DNA of 64,000 nucleotides from assembly GCA_900088475.1 (NCBI GenBank), contig FLMG01002540.1, forward strand, positions 63,814 through 127,813, in the 5' to 3' direction. Under the pieces are notes generated by a model. It saw nothing but the letters and a program-made list of their open reading frames with translations, was not told where the DNA came from and ran no database searches. Within the stretch, counting starts at the first letter, position 1. Every line of letters starts with the position of its first letter. A program made the translations under genes and the position numbers. The DNA is from Hyphochytrium catenoides. Lineage: Eukaryota; Protista; Hyphochytriomycota. This document shows positions 11,801-24,291 of this stretch, in pieces.

Positions 11801-14178
11801 TCAAAAGTTTGGTCCAGTATTGCGGGCGGTTTTTTCCAAATGCAGAGAAAGGAAGAGAGGCCTTGGCAAGCTGTCGTGTTATCTTCTTCGTCGCTTACCT
11901 CATCCTTTCCTTGTATCCGTAAGCACTCAATAAATTCGTTGTGCAAAAAGTATTCTCTGTCTAAACTGCTATAAAACCACTCAAACATTGCCCAGAGCTT
12001 CAGGCCCGATGTTAAGCCATTAACTAGTTCTGACACCTTAGCGGCGTAAATCTCAGGTGAAGAAGATAGAGATGGGATGGTACGCATCTTCTGGGCGGTG
12101 GACTGTTTTGACATAACCAGAAAAGGGTTGGAAGTGAGATCTCACGAGAAGGTGAAGAACGACAAAGGAGTCTGTTTGGTCGTGGAGCGACCAGTGTTGC
12201 TGGACTGCCAGAGTCCAAAAGGGAACTGAAATTGAGCAAGACAAACAACGTATTGAGAGCTGAAGCCAGGAACCTGGAAAGCCCCGGGAACTCCGTCAAC
12301 AATCTTCTTTCTCCTGTCTTTCCGCGCACCCCCAAGACCTGAGCCTCCTGCATATACTGACGCCCTCAGCTCTCCATCAGCTTGGAGCTCCATTATGGTC
12401 TCTCTACAGGAGGAAGGGGATGCAGGTTCAATTTATGCCCCTGCAACTATTCAAGAGATAGCCAACGCATGCTGTTGCACCTCAAACATCACTTTCTCTC
12501 CATTCCGATTCCTACTTTCTCTCTCTCTTGTCTTCTCCGTTCTCTTCTTTCTTTCCCATTGCACACAGCCCTCTGTGTCCTATACAGACCGCCTAACTGC
12601 CGTTTGTGCTTGGTGGTTCTTTCTGTAACACCCCTGCCGAACCTTAATTCTTTCTGTCTTGCTTTTGAAGAAGGCGTTCTTCTTGGGGTTGTCTTGGGCT
12701 TCTTCGCGGACGCAACCGGAGAACCTTCATTGAAGAGTCTTCGTTTTCCTCTCTTCCCACTCACATTCTAATCACGAGACAGGGTAGTACAAGAGCTAAT
12801 GAGGGTTTACTCGATCCGGTGCCCTTTTCATAATCTAAGTTATGCTTGTACACACTCAAGTGTCCCCTCTCGCTCCAATGAACCCCAAGATTCTCCCTTC
12901 ATACGACCAAGCGCGTGTTGAAGTTACCTGTTCACTTCTGCTTGGCACTTTGGTGCTTCCTGGACTCGTCTTGCTGGATGGAGTCTGGTTTGCCCAAACA
13001 GAGCACAAGTCATACACAAAAGGGCAAGAGTGGAGGAAGGAAATACGAGCAAGCCCTCAGTCGGACACATGCATTCGGTCTTGTTAATAGAAGGCCAAAG
13101 CCAAAAACGTAGGTTGATGAGAGAATAATGGTGAAAGAATGACAGGTCAGGGGAAGAATTTTTGGTTACAGAGATCTCTTGGTGTCTGCTGGAGGCGGAA
13201 TGAACGGGCTGCTGAGGACTATCACTGGCGAGTTCGCTGTCACTGGTGGACTCAGAATCACTACTAGCGTCACCTGGAGCAAAGGGTTAATCTAAGTCCC
13301 ATTCCTTGGTTTAGAGCTGGCGAAGACAAAATGCTAAATTGTAAGGATAGTAAATAGGAAAAAGAATAGTAGGAAGATAACCTAGGCGGAGAAGAAGAGT
13401 GAAGGAGCACCTTCAGCCAAGACTAAGAAAGTAAGAATGCCCTCACGCTAGAAGTTCAACGGATCGTTTGAGTCGCATCATCACTCAGAGGGATAGAAAA
13501 GGGAGAAACACTCACTCTTCTTGTAGAAACGCTGCACGACATCTATTAGCTCCTCAGGAGTTCCCCCGTTTGTCTTCCCTTTCTGAAGTTTGAAGTAATA
13601 TTTAACAAGTTCCACCTGCAGCAAGGTGATGCAAGCGGAGAGACAGTGGGAGAAGGAAGGAGGATGACGAGAGGCCGAGGAGACAGTCAGCAGATATGGA
13701 AAGGGGTCAAGGAAACAAAGAGAGGATCAGCGAGTAGCTGGTCGTGTGCTGGTACAAAGGCGATGGAAGAGCAGCAAACCTTGGAAAGTGCTCGACATTC
13801 TGAAGCTTTTCGAGAGGGAATAGCTAAGGCCACTGCATCCCAGTCTCTCCCATACTTGTTAAATGCTAGGGGCGGATAGTGAGTGTAAGAACCGTTACAA
13901 GTCACCGCAGAGTCAAGGAGAAACGATGAGAATAGAGCTGCAGACGGGAAACTGTGGACCAATACAGCGCACAAACAAGAGAGGGGTAGTATCAACGCAA
14001 ACGACAGAACAGCAAGCGAAGTATCAGCCAGGAAAGAATGATAGATAGACACTGCGCGAGCGACAGGGTCACCGGAAAGACTATGATTTCTTGCCGTACC
14101 GTGAAAGAAGAGCTTCACCTCTAAGTCCGTCCACCTAGGACCCAAGGACTCATACTTTCCAGGACTATGTCTCGACAT
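8853..14178 (-). CDS. LIN9: LIN9 / ALWAYS EARLY-like MuvB (DREAM) subunit with N-terminal SANT/Myb and DIRP domain (multi-exon)
   Basis: SANT: LGPRWTDLEVKLFFHAFNKYGRDWDAVALAIPSRKASECRAL after splicing. DIRP: WAMFEWFYSSLDREYFLHNEFIECL and LSRPEWAILRAAMGRPRRLSRAFLGAERRRLAEYR. Coiled coil ILDRKEAILSELKEMNQEA and LITSCITLLMALREC. Confidence 0.85.
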
Positions 14179-15260
14179 CTTGTCAGAAGACTGGTCCGAA
14201 CAATAGCTCAGAGAACAAGGCGCTCACAAACCCGAGGATGACCAACCACGACGACAATTAAAGCACCTGCGGCTCCAGCAGGTGTCGGCGGAACCTATCC
14301 AACAGCCAAACGCGCAAAGTAACAAAGCTTCAAGAGGAAAAGAAGCAGGCAAGGGCAGGTGGCATGCAAGACGGAGGAAAGTAAGCGGAGGACGGAGGAA
14401 AGCCGTCGAAGCAACGATTCAAGGACAAAGACTTCCGCTCTGTCGCGCCGCAACCCCTACAAAGACAAACACTATGACGGTACAAGGCCAACTCATAGTT
14501 CCTATGGGACGGACATCTCGTGAGTTATCGCTTATCTAGTGCGTCCTCTGTCTGCCCGTTCCTCTTGCCTTAGTTCGATAAATACGTCTTTCCCCTTCAC
14601 ACTCGCTGCGGCTAACCACCTCTCTGTCTTCCTCTCAGCGGCTCCTATTATTGTTACTTGTGACCAGGAAATTTGATGAGAAACCAAACTCATAATTCGA
14701 AGTTGGTTGGTCCCCTCTCGAAAAGAGGGAAGCGACTTTCACATCCCTCGTTCCGATTGAAAATTCATGATATAAAATTGAGAGGATATGGAACCCTCAT
14801 TAATCCTATAACAAATAGCCACGACAGACTGTTAGGTTAAATCTTCCAACTCTTGCACGACACAGTAATCATATGATAGTTATCTCTGGGAGGCTTCTAG
14901 CTTCTGATGATTGATTATGAAATGATGAGTGCAAGACAGAGAGGACGAGCACAACGTAGAACTTGGAAGTGTGAACAAGGTGAGATTTTCACCTGTGATG
15001 ATGAGAAGCGAAAGTGGAGCAGCTTGCTTGCCTGCTTCCTAGAAAGTACAAAGCAAGTGGAGCACGAAGGAGTATTGCCACAGAACTGAAGCTCCAGCAG
15101 GCAAGCTCCTCTTCAGGCTTTGCTGATGAGAACCTTCTCCTCCAGTAGAAGGCGTAGCTCGTCAGCTTATCAGGGACTTTCCCGTGAGCCAAGGGAAGGT
15201 TCAGTTTCTGCTACCTGTCAAAGCTCAGCCACTTTCTGGCGAGCATTCACCTAAGTGACC

Positions 15261-17884
15261 ATGGCATCTAAAATACCTCGTGTAGCGCCGCGACTTCTCG
15301 TAAGAGCTTTGAAGCGAGGAGCTCCCTGCCTCACTAAGGCAACTCCATTCCACAATCAATTCACTGTAACGTCTTCTGCAAGCTTAATAATAGCTCACTC
15401 TCCATATGGAATGGCAGTCATTTGCAGAAGGACGTTCTCTGCGGTTTCTGAAACTTACTCTCTTACGGATCGAGAAGAAGAGTTGAAGCAGAATGTCGCG
15501 AGGCTCAACAAAGCAAGCACCGCGACCGAGTGGGAAGAAGTAGCTGTGTCTATATCAAGAGTAATTTTAGAGCTGGATGCCTACGATGAGGAGTCCAAGC
15601 GCAGATATATCGCTGTGGTAATACACCAAGACCCAGGTTATTCTTCAGGCACTCACGAACCCTTTGGCCCTAAGCTCGGGTGGCGAAGCCCTCTTGCAAT
15701 TTTATTCTTTGTTCTTGATCGACGTGATGCAACTGTTCCATGACTCTTGTTACGTTCTTCGCCCTCTGCGCATGCAGTCCTCCTCTAACTAAAGTGAACC
15801 TCACCTTCCTTACCCCTGGTAGCCCGTTAATGCCCTCTCTTGCTCCAATGGCTCTCCTTTTAGTTCCAACAATCAGGTGGTGTGAAACGACTGATTCAAA
15901 AGGTACACGAAGGTAGAGCAGGGGTCGGGACGTGGTTCTTGCTAGCTCAGTGTGCCTCTGTGGAAAAACCTGCCCTCGCAATAATTGCCAGCGGTGCTTT
16001 GATGTATGCCCGTGCCACGCTGCTCAGAAATGGAGGAGAAAAAGAAATCGCGCTTTACTCCTTACTCTTAACAAACACCTCCAAGCATCCCTCCAGTTTG
16101 CCGGAGGTGGGGTTGTGTTCTCGGTCTCTCTGTTCGCTATTTTATCTTATCTTTATTCGTCTCCCTTCCACATAAGCTCATTTCTGTCCTCTTCCTCCCC
16201 CTAACAACACATACTCCCCTATTTCATCCCAATAGTCTTCTATTGTATGGCTTCTTCAAAGATGATCTGCCCGCTGTCTGCTAGCACTGCTTACTCGCCA
16301 TGGCACTCGTATGCCCTTAGACTTCTAGCATTTGTGCTTTCATGGACTAAGGTTATCATTCTTACCCCACTGTAGATCACGAAGCGCTCACGATGGGCGA
16401 ACGACATCCTCGAAGGCCTTGAAAGCACGTCCACCTCCGAAGTCGCCGCGACAGCCCTTGCCATAGGTATGTCCTCAATGGCAGTTTATTCCTGCATTTG
16501 ACGGTGGCATCTATTCCCGTTTAGCTCTCTTCCTAGCCATAAGGCATGGAGGTCGAGTCGCCAAACTCACCGACTTCTCTGGCGTCCTTTGACAGGCAAC
16601 TTCGTCTCTAACGTGGCTATTTGGGAGGACATAAACTGGAAGTTTCGTCGTGACCTTTTACAAAGACTCCTCTCTGCGCTGCGAGATGGACCTAGAGGAG
16701 GTTGGCATATTCGAAATGTTTATAAAACCAAGCGCTAAACGAGCACTGTGTCTAATCGTAACTCTGTGGGCTTTTCCTTATGGTCGGTGCGCTATGGCAT
16801 CTACGGTGGGTCTATCAACGCGGTGACCCAAGAATCGGTAAAACTAGCTGTAATCGGTGCCATAGGCAATCTCTGTGCGGATCACCAGGAAGCCCAGCGC
16901 TTTCTTGTAGAGGTAAGAGGTGTCTTTTCGTTCTTGGAACATGCGTTATATGCATGTTGTGAACATGTATTCGTGAGCTCCACCATTGCTTTCAGCGTTT
17001 CGTGTGCTAGACAACTGTTCCTTGTCCACTACACGGAATTGAGTGGAGGAAGAGATGGTTGAACCAGACTTTACCTTTCCTATAGTTATTCTATGTTATG
17101 ATTCTTAGTCGGTCTGGGCACTGTCTCATTTGACTCATGTAACAGCAAGAGGGGATGGGCGATCTGGTCGTGCTGCTGTCATATGCAACTTCAAGCCGTG
17201 AAGTGAGTATGCTCTCGTGTATGATGAAGACATGTCCTGACGCAATTTTCTAGTAGTGTTTCACGTGTATCCTAAATCATTCCCTACCCCCTATCGCAGG
17301 TATCCTAAATCATTCCCTACCCCTTATCGCAGGTATCACAGGCAGCGTGTTGGGCTGCTTTTCAGATTATGGGATGCAAAGAAGCTCAGGATGAATTTCT
17401 TGACCTGGGAGGCGTCGACATTTTATGTCATAAGCTTGTGCAAGCCGAGACCGAGGTAATGCAGACAAGTTTGGAAGAAGGGATTGTACATGGTTCACTC
17501 TCTTTCTTCTCCTGAGCTCCTATCTCGGTTCAAAATGTTCGATCGCTCTGCTCTCTGGGCCAATCGAGTCGTAAAGGGATGCTTTTCTCATCACGGCATC
17601 ATTTTGAATCTCTTCCTCGGTTTTCTTTGCCGTACCAGCGTCTGCATTTAGCTGACAAAGAACAATTTGATCGATCTTCTTCGGCACTGTTGTAGCCGAA
17701 TCTAGTATGTGTGGTAACAGCGCTAAGGGCTGCCTGCCGGGACAATACCAAGGTGAAAGAGAAAGTCTCCCGGACAGACGTGATAGAAAGGCTGAAGCAG
17801 ATCTGCTATGATGACGAGATGTCGGCCGCGCAGCGATTCGCAGCTATTCTTCTGGATGAACTGCAAGAGCAATCGGTAATGTGA
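15261..17884 (+). CDS. Armadillo-repeat protein with probable mitochondrial presequence (multi-exon)
   Basis: Arg/Ser/Ala-rich N-terminus lacking acidic residues, ending ...ICRRTFSA. ARM-like segments VKLAVIGAIGNLCADHQEAQRFLVE, VSQAACWAAFQIMGCKEAQDEFLDLGGVDIL and IVHALRAACRDNTKVKEKV. Stop TGA at 17882-17884. Confidence 0.65.
17267..17332 (+). repeat. 33-bp tandem duplication (2 copies, 1 mismatch) covering a 3' splice site
   Basis: GTATCCTAAATCATTCCCTACCCC(C/T)TATCGCAG at 17267-17299 and 17300-17332. Confidence 0.95.
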
Positions 17885-18368
17885 TGCAAAAGGCTCTTCA
17901 AAGTCGGGTCCCTTGAACAGTGGCAAAAAAGACTTCGACTCGGGTGCTTGCTTGTTCTTTTTGCTGAGTCTCTGCCTAGTAGTCCCTAGTACTATCGGAA
18001 TCAGAAGGGTCACCTCATCTCGATATGCAGGCATACACAGCCCTTGGTCAGTCGAATCCCGATGTAGACAGTCTCACCTCGGGAGTGATTGAGGAGTTGA
18101 AGCTTCGAGCGGGTGGTAGGACAAAGAGGAATGAAGGCCATTCAGCCTCAAGATCGACGCCAAATAATGGGTAGTATCCCCCACGTGAGTGAAGACTAAG
18201 AGCCAGAGATAGTATAGCTTAGATCATGGTTAATTATCCTGCAAGAAGCTGTATGGATTATGGGGTTCTAATAAGGGATAAGCGGTAAATGATCAGGCTA
18301 CGTGATGTCAAGATGACTTAAATTATGCTAGTAGGATAGCGCTTCCGATGGACGGAGAGATGTTTACT

Positions 18369-19818
18369 TTACACGCCATAAGGCTCCCAATGCTTCCTAA
18401 GTTTAATGGCCTCCTTCTCAGCCTTTTCGGTATTTATAGCTTCGATGGCGTTCATCTCTAACTTTAACGCTTTCATAAGAGGTACATCTGGGCCCTGCAG
18501 GAAGAAGACTGAGCTACTCTTCGAGGCGCTGAGAAACGCAGTAGCAGATAAAGATTTCGAGGACAGCCAGAGGCACAGAAAAAGGTTGAAGATGACAAGC
18601 GAGAACGGACTGATCTGTATGACACTTGGTAGAAAATCTTACCTCCACCTCCGCTAACGCTTTCATCTGTGCCTTGATGGCTTTCAAGACCAGTCCTTTG
18701 AGCTCACTTGCCGGCCGTCGATAGTAGTTGTTAAAGCAGGGCTTATTCTCGTGGGGCCGTCGATCCCAGACCTGGCCAATATTATCACCCTAAAGAGAGA
18801 GGGAAGGTTTGTGATTTGAGACATGAGCTGCTCAGCTCTATCTTCCCTCGGCACCTCAGTCAAAACCCGCGCCTGGGAAGAACTAAGCCGAGTTCCACCC
18901 AGAAAAATGCTAAGCTTGCGCGGCTTGAAGTTTCATGGTTTACCTTAACATAGATAAAGGCACCCGGGAAGCCATCAAGCGGCATGGCATTCGGAGGCAC
19001 TTCCAGAGACTCCTTTGGAGGCCATTCTATGGCGTAGTTCCACCTATAATACGAATATACGAGTAGTAGACTAAGGCTTCTGAATTGTCAACAGGTCGGC
19101 ATGTTGCCTTCAAAATATCCCGCGGCCCCTCGTTCCCTCACTTCCTCTCGGAACCACTTGCCAGTTCCTCTTCCTTTTGGGGCAACAGCATTGCCTTCCG
19201 TAAATCTTCATACGTCTCCTACCTAACGAGTAATGACTGCACTAGCTGGCCTTTTCTGGTGCTGTAAAGATTCTCTGTCCGACTCCTTTGCTGCAGAAGC
19301 GGTGAGAGTTTCCGAGGTGAAGTACCACCTTAGTCCACGGTATGCGTCAAGGGTAGCTTACCTCCGTTATTGACGCCTTTTTGGGCTTCTCTTTCTCCTT
19401 CTTTTCTTTGCCTGATTTCTTCTCTTTGTCCTTGACTTCTTTTGAAGACTTCTCCTTCTTCACCTTGACTTCTTTCACCACTTTGGTTTCTACGACCTTC
19501 TCCTCGCCCTCCCTTTTAATCCTTGTGAACTTCGTCTCGGTTGTTTTATGTAGCTTGGCTAGCGGAATGTCATCGTCGTCCATGTCAGCAGCCTCGCGCT
19601 TGACTCCGTTTGAGGTTGGAGTGCCATTGATGCCCCCCAGGGCCGCAAGTGGAAGATCATCATCACTGGGCAAGTCATTGAAATCGCTGGAAGGTTGGTG
19701 GTAGTGAGTGCAACAAGAACGTTATATTGTGAGGGTCGAATCCCGACTTGATAAACGACAGAGCCTACCCGTTAGACGCTGCGGGTTCCTCCTTCACAAG
19801 AACCGAAGCGATGTTCAT
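18369..19818 (-). CDS. Hypothetical protein with Lys/Glu-rich N-terminus and a globular-looking C-terminal domain (6 exons)
   Basis: Complete in-phase GT-AG model: MNIASVLVKEEP...SDDDLPLAAL...DDDDIPLAKL...KGQLVQSLLVRWNYAIEWPP...LDGFPGAFIYVKGDNIGQVWDRRPHENKPCFNNYYRRPASELKGLVLKAIKAQM...WEPYGV*. Confidence 0.75.
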
Positions 19819-20385
19819 GACTCCTTTATTGCACAGTCAATGTGCTAAAAGTCTGCAAGTCCCTTTATGGTGGTGCTCTTCAAGTCAGTCTCTGCCTTGA
19901 GGAGCGCTGCGTCCTTCTCATGTCATTCTCCGACTTCCTGCGGGATCACTGACAAGGGGATTCCCACGGAGACACAGCAATAAAAAGGTAAGGTGTCGCT
20001 GCGGGTTAGCAGTTAGCACAGCACTGTCTTGACCTCTACCCATCGGAGTCTGCTGACCTTGTTCGACCAGGAGATGAAGCTCTGATCTGGCGATCCTCAG
20101 CAGCACCAGAGAGCAACCACCACAGAGGCGCCGCTTGCGTCAAAGTAAATTCACAAACAAAGTGACAAATATTTGCTGCGAATAGTCCAAAAACAACAAG
20201 CTAGGAGTTAGCTTGGTAAAAACTCCGCTTCGTTCGAAGGCTTTGTCACTCAACAAGTAAAAAGGTTCCATTTTCACAGCTTATTTTCATGGGGTGTGAA
20301 TTAGCATGTCAGTTTAGGGCTAGGTCGTCAATTGCGCTGATTGTGAGTTAACGTCAGAATTATAGGACGTACTATCCGAAATATA

Positions 20386-23300
20386 GTGCGGATACCTTTA
20401 GATATTCCGTATTTGACTTTAGACTCACTGACACGGACAAGTTCCTCATGTTTCCCAGAAACTTTTTTGTGCGAAGACGAACAGTGGTTTCCCATCTCTT
20501 CCTCGACTTTCCATAAGAACTACATTGAGTTACGGTCCCTGTCGGCACTCTGTCTTCCAGGTAGCCCATGGTACAGTTCTCTTTTCTATGATTCTGTCTC
20601 TCTCAAGCTCTTACCTCAGTACAGAATCTCCGTAACCTTTTTGTCAATGTTAGTGAGAGCAGGACCAGTTGTCCATTGTGCGCCTCATTGTCCTTCTAAC
20701 CCTTACCGTCCAGGCCTTCTTGCTAAGCTGCCAGTACATTCCGATCGCCATATCCCAGCAAGAATTGGGCCTTATTCAGCTTAACGTAAGCTGTTCTGAG
20801 GACTAACCTTCCACATCAACTACCAAGTTGACCATTTAGGTCAGAATGAGACCTCTCTGCAACTGCTTGGCCCTGACTATATAGTCCACTCGAAATCGGC
20901 GCTGTGCGGCGTGAGCGACTCTAAGGGATCCACTACTGCCCGCGTCATCTAAACTGGAGAAGTGATTTTCCTCACGGCTCGGGCACTAGCACACGCAATG
21001 GTGGAATGCGGGCCAGATGAAGCGGGATGGGTCCTAATCTCGCCGGCTCAGGTTGAGGAAGACCTTAAAAGGTACTTGGACAGAGACGCATATCAGGAGC
21101 TACCTGCAGAAGAAGCGCTTCAGTCCCTGTTCGATTTGCTTCAAGGTATTACGACTCTGTCGTTCATCAGGCCAATAGTGTTATACACATTGTATACTGT
21201 TTCCTAGATAAGGAGCAGAAAGAGTCAAGCACAGAGAACAAAGAGCTCCTTCAGATTGCCCGAAAGGCTCTTTCGGCGGTTCGTTGCCTTCGCCATGAAA
21301 GGAGAAATGCTCAGCAGCTGGGCTCTTTGGCCAAGGTAAGAACCTTTGGTCGCTATCGCGAAGATCGATGTTTATGGGGCGGGCGCGAGTTGTCTGTTAT
21401 GAGGCGTATGGATGTGGGGTCTATTGTAAAAGATTACCTTCGTCATTCCACCACTCTCCAGTGACCTGGCGCCGGTCCTCATCAGTCGCTTAACAACCTG
21501 ACAGCCCGCACCGTACATTTTCTTGATATGAGGTAGAGGCTCTTAGGTTCCATATCCACGGAAGCAAGCTCTTCTTGTTGGTCATAGATCTTGCGTCACA
21601 GAGGATCTTAACTCTGTCTCTATGGACCGAACAGTTGATAGACGAGAGCAGGTCTTTCTCGAATATCTTAGATACGCTAAACTTCATCTGGGCGAAGTAC
21701 ATAAAACAATTTATGTCAGAAGGAGGAAGCGCAGAGAGGCGTGATTTTTTGTTTCATGCAAGACACAGACTTGTCTAACGAGCCGATTCCTTACCCATTA
21801 CTGCTCTTAGGTGCTACGACTGCATGCTATAAAGTCCTTCATTCATGGCGTTGATGAGTGCATGGCACAGATGAAGAATGAGGTAAGGGTGATGGTTAGA
21901 GGAAAAGAGGGAGGAAAGCAACTCATAGTAAGTCCTCGGTCCCGCAGGAGGAATATGTGAGCCTTTCATCTGAGCGTGAGGAGGAACTCCGGGTAGAAAT
22001 GAACAAGCTATATGCAGAGCTCAGACGAAGAGAGTCAGAGTGGATGGTAAGCGGTCTTTCTCTTATCTCATTCTTTTCCCATTTTATCTCGTTCTTGGTC
22101 GTCCCTTACACGCTGGAGACTGCGTTTCCCATCGTAAACACCACTACAAGGGGATAAGTTCCCTCCAATTCATGCCTCACCCGCCTATGCTTCCCTTTGG
22201 TGGCAGTGGGAGACCCCAGAGGATCGCTCAGAGCTCAAGAGTGTCTTGGACCTCATACGCGATGGTGTGCTACAGTCACTGACTGTTAGTGATTACTTCA
22301 TGGCACTCTCCCTCGGCGCTTCTCAGCTGCTGGAGCTTCAGAAGCAGACCATTCGTCCTAGGGATGCCATAGCGCTGAACGTACCCGTGTGGTGGGTAAA
22401 GGAAGCGCATGACGGCAAGGCTCGTCCTACCCCTTCGCCACCTCAGTCGCTGTCCTCTTTGGGCAACATTAGGGAGGTTAGTGATGCGGAGGCCTACCAG
22501 GACGCTAAGGTTAGTATTTAATTAGGTAGTTGAGAAGAATCGCATCATTTAAACAGCAGAATAGATGAAGTAGAACTTCTGAGGCCAGTAGATGAGGAGG
22601 AAATGCGCATGAGTAGGAAGTACGGGGACACTAAGCGAGCAGAGGTGACTGAGAATTTGACCAGACGGTAATGGGACTCTCAGCGCTGGCTATTCTGTGG
22701 CTTAGTTTATCTGGTTGCCAGGATATATCAAGAGACAAGATTGAGATCAATGGGAAGCTCTTTCTTGGCACCAACGGTTACGACATTGTCCTCAACAAGG
22801 TGGAGAACGAATTGATTAAGGTGAAGTAGATGACCTCAAATTTCCCTAATACTAATGACTCACTATCACTGAATCACTGATTCACAAGGCATCTGGCATC
22901 CTGGGTCACGGTAGCACTATGAGTGCCGAGGAATCGCGCTGTGTCAGGGCATTAGCAAAGAAGCTTCTTCAACTTTCTAACCGAACACATTCCGGTGGAA
23001 CGGCTTACGAAGTGCTCGGTGCGTGACTTTCCTGCTCTCCATGAAGTTGATTGGCTCGAAGAGTCGTCTTACCTTCACTCTTAACAGAGGGCTTACTGAA
23101 ACATCCCCGTACCTACCTCCGACCAAATTCCATGAAAGCTGGTCCGCTTAAACTGACTATTACAGGGGGTCCCTATGTTGCTGGAAAAGGTAGGAGCTCA
23201 AATCATCTCACTTCCAAATGGGCCGTCTCTCCGAAATGGCTGCACTGCTTTGGCTTCCTCTAGATCAAGTTCGAGGATTTCGACTCTTATCCTCTCCTTG

Positions 23301-24027
23301 TCCTTGTCTCTATTACATCCATTGGTTATTCTAATCCTCTAAGTCGGTGCTACACCCCTAAGCACTTCACCAGTTCCCGTCGTCTCACTACGTTCTGCCT
23401 TCTATTTGTGGGCTTGGTGTGACCAGAGGAGAAGAAAGAAGCTGGCAGTGACTCGAAACTCCAATGGGTTTGGGGCATCCGCGCTATTGTTGAGGCTACC
23501 ACTTGGTATACGCTGACTGAGATCAGCGCCTCACCAGATTCACTAGGTGGAGATGTAGGACAGCCATGGGCAGATATTGAGGCCACATTCAGAGCCAGGT
23601 TGAGCATATCGCTCTCTTCTTTCCCTTCCTCGCTTAGTGGAATGGACAAAGCTGCACGTACAGACGAAGGCACTGTGCTGATCAACGTTACTCCTCTGCA
23701 AGTTTGAGCACAACATCGATTGCAGTGTTCAATGCTCTGTATTCGGTGCGGTCATTCATCAAGCGTCATTCAATTTAGTGTAGAGTAGGACGGTAGATCG
23801 GACCCTTGTCTTTTGTCGAAAGTTTCCCATTTTCTGTCTGCTCTCCTGCCCGTCTCTGCTTTTTACATCCCTCAAACTGAGTCTTATATGCTGATATCTC
23901 CTCCACTTTATTTTTGTCTCCAATTTGTGCTCTACTCAAGTCTACCTTGTCCTCAATGCTGTTCAGTAACAAGACCATCATACTGGAGTATGTACATAAT
24001 AGTAGTGACACCGTTGAGCAGAGCTAG
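20386..24027 (+). CDS. Multi-exon hypothetical protein (boundaries uncertain)
   Basis: GT-AG-bounded open segments: EEDLKRYLDRDAYQELPAEEALQSLFDLLQ|DKEQKE, a coiled-coil stretch EREEELRVEMNKLYAELRRRE, DISRDKIEINGKLF, LLQLSNRTHSGGTAYE and LKLTITGGPY. Family not recognised. Confidence 0.5.
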
Positions 24028-24291
24028 GACAAATTTCGCTCGTTGGTGCGGAAGTGGCTTTTAAGATTCTCCCTCACATACTCTGACATGAAGGCCTGTG
24101 TATGTGCGCACCGCGAGCAATGGATTCTCTAGCTCTCTCTGATCTACTTGCTCCGCTAAGAGATCGTGCTAAAAAATATTGAGAGAAGCGATAAGTCTTT
24201 TTTTGCAGTATCTCATAAATAGTGACCCCAAGGTCTACCGCTAATCCTCATAAGGAGCATAACTGAGAAGCTTATCCATGTCGTCTCACGT

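Noticed and set aside
14670-14735. 8-bp hairpin TCCCCTCT/AGAGGGGA and a C-box-like TGATGA in the LIN9/ARM intergenic region
   Set aside because: No matching D box with terminal stem and no recognisable ncRNA family.
17723-18034. 103-aa minus-strand ORF (and many similar short listed ORFs)
   Set aside because: It is the antisense shadow of the last ARM-gene exon. Most short ORFs in the track are shadows or exon-plus-intron read-throughs.
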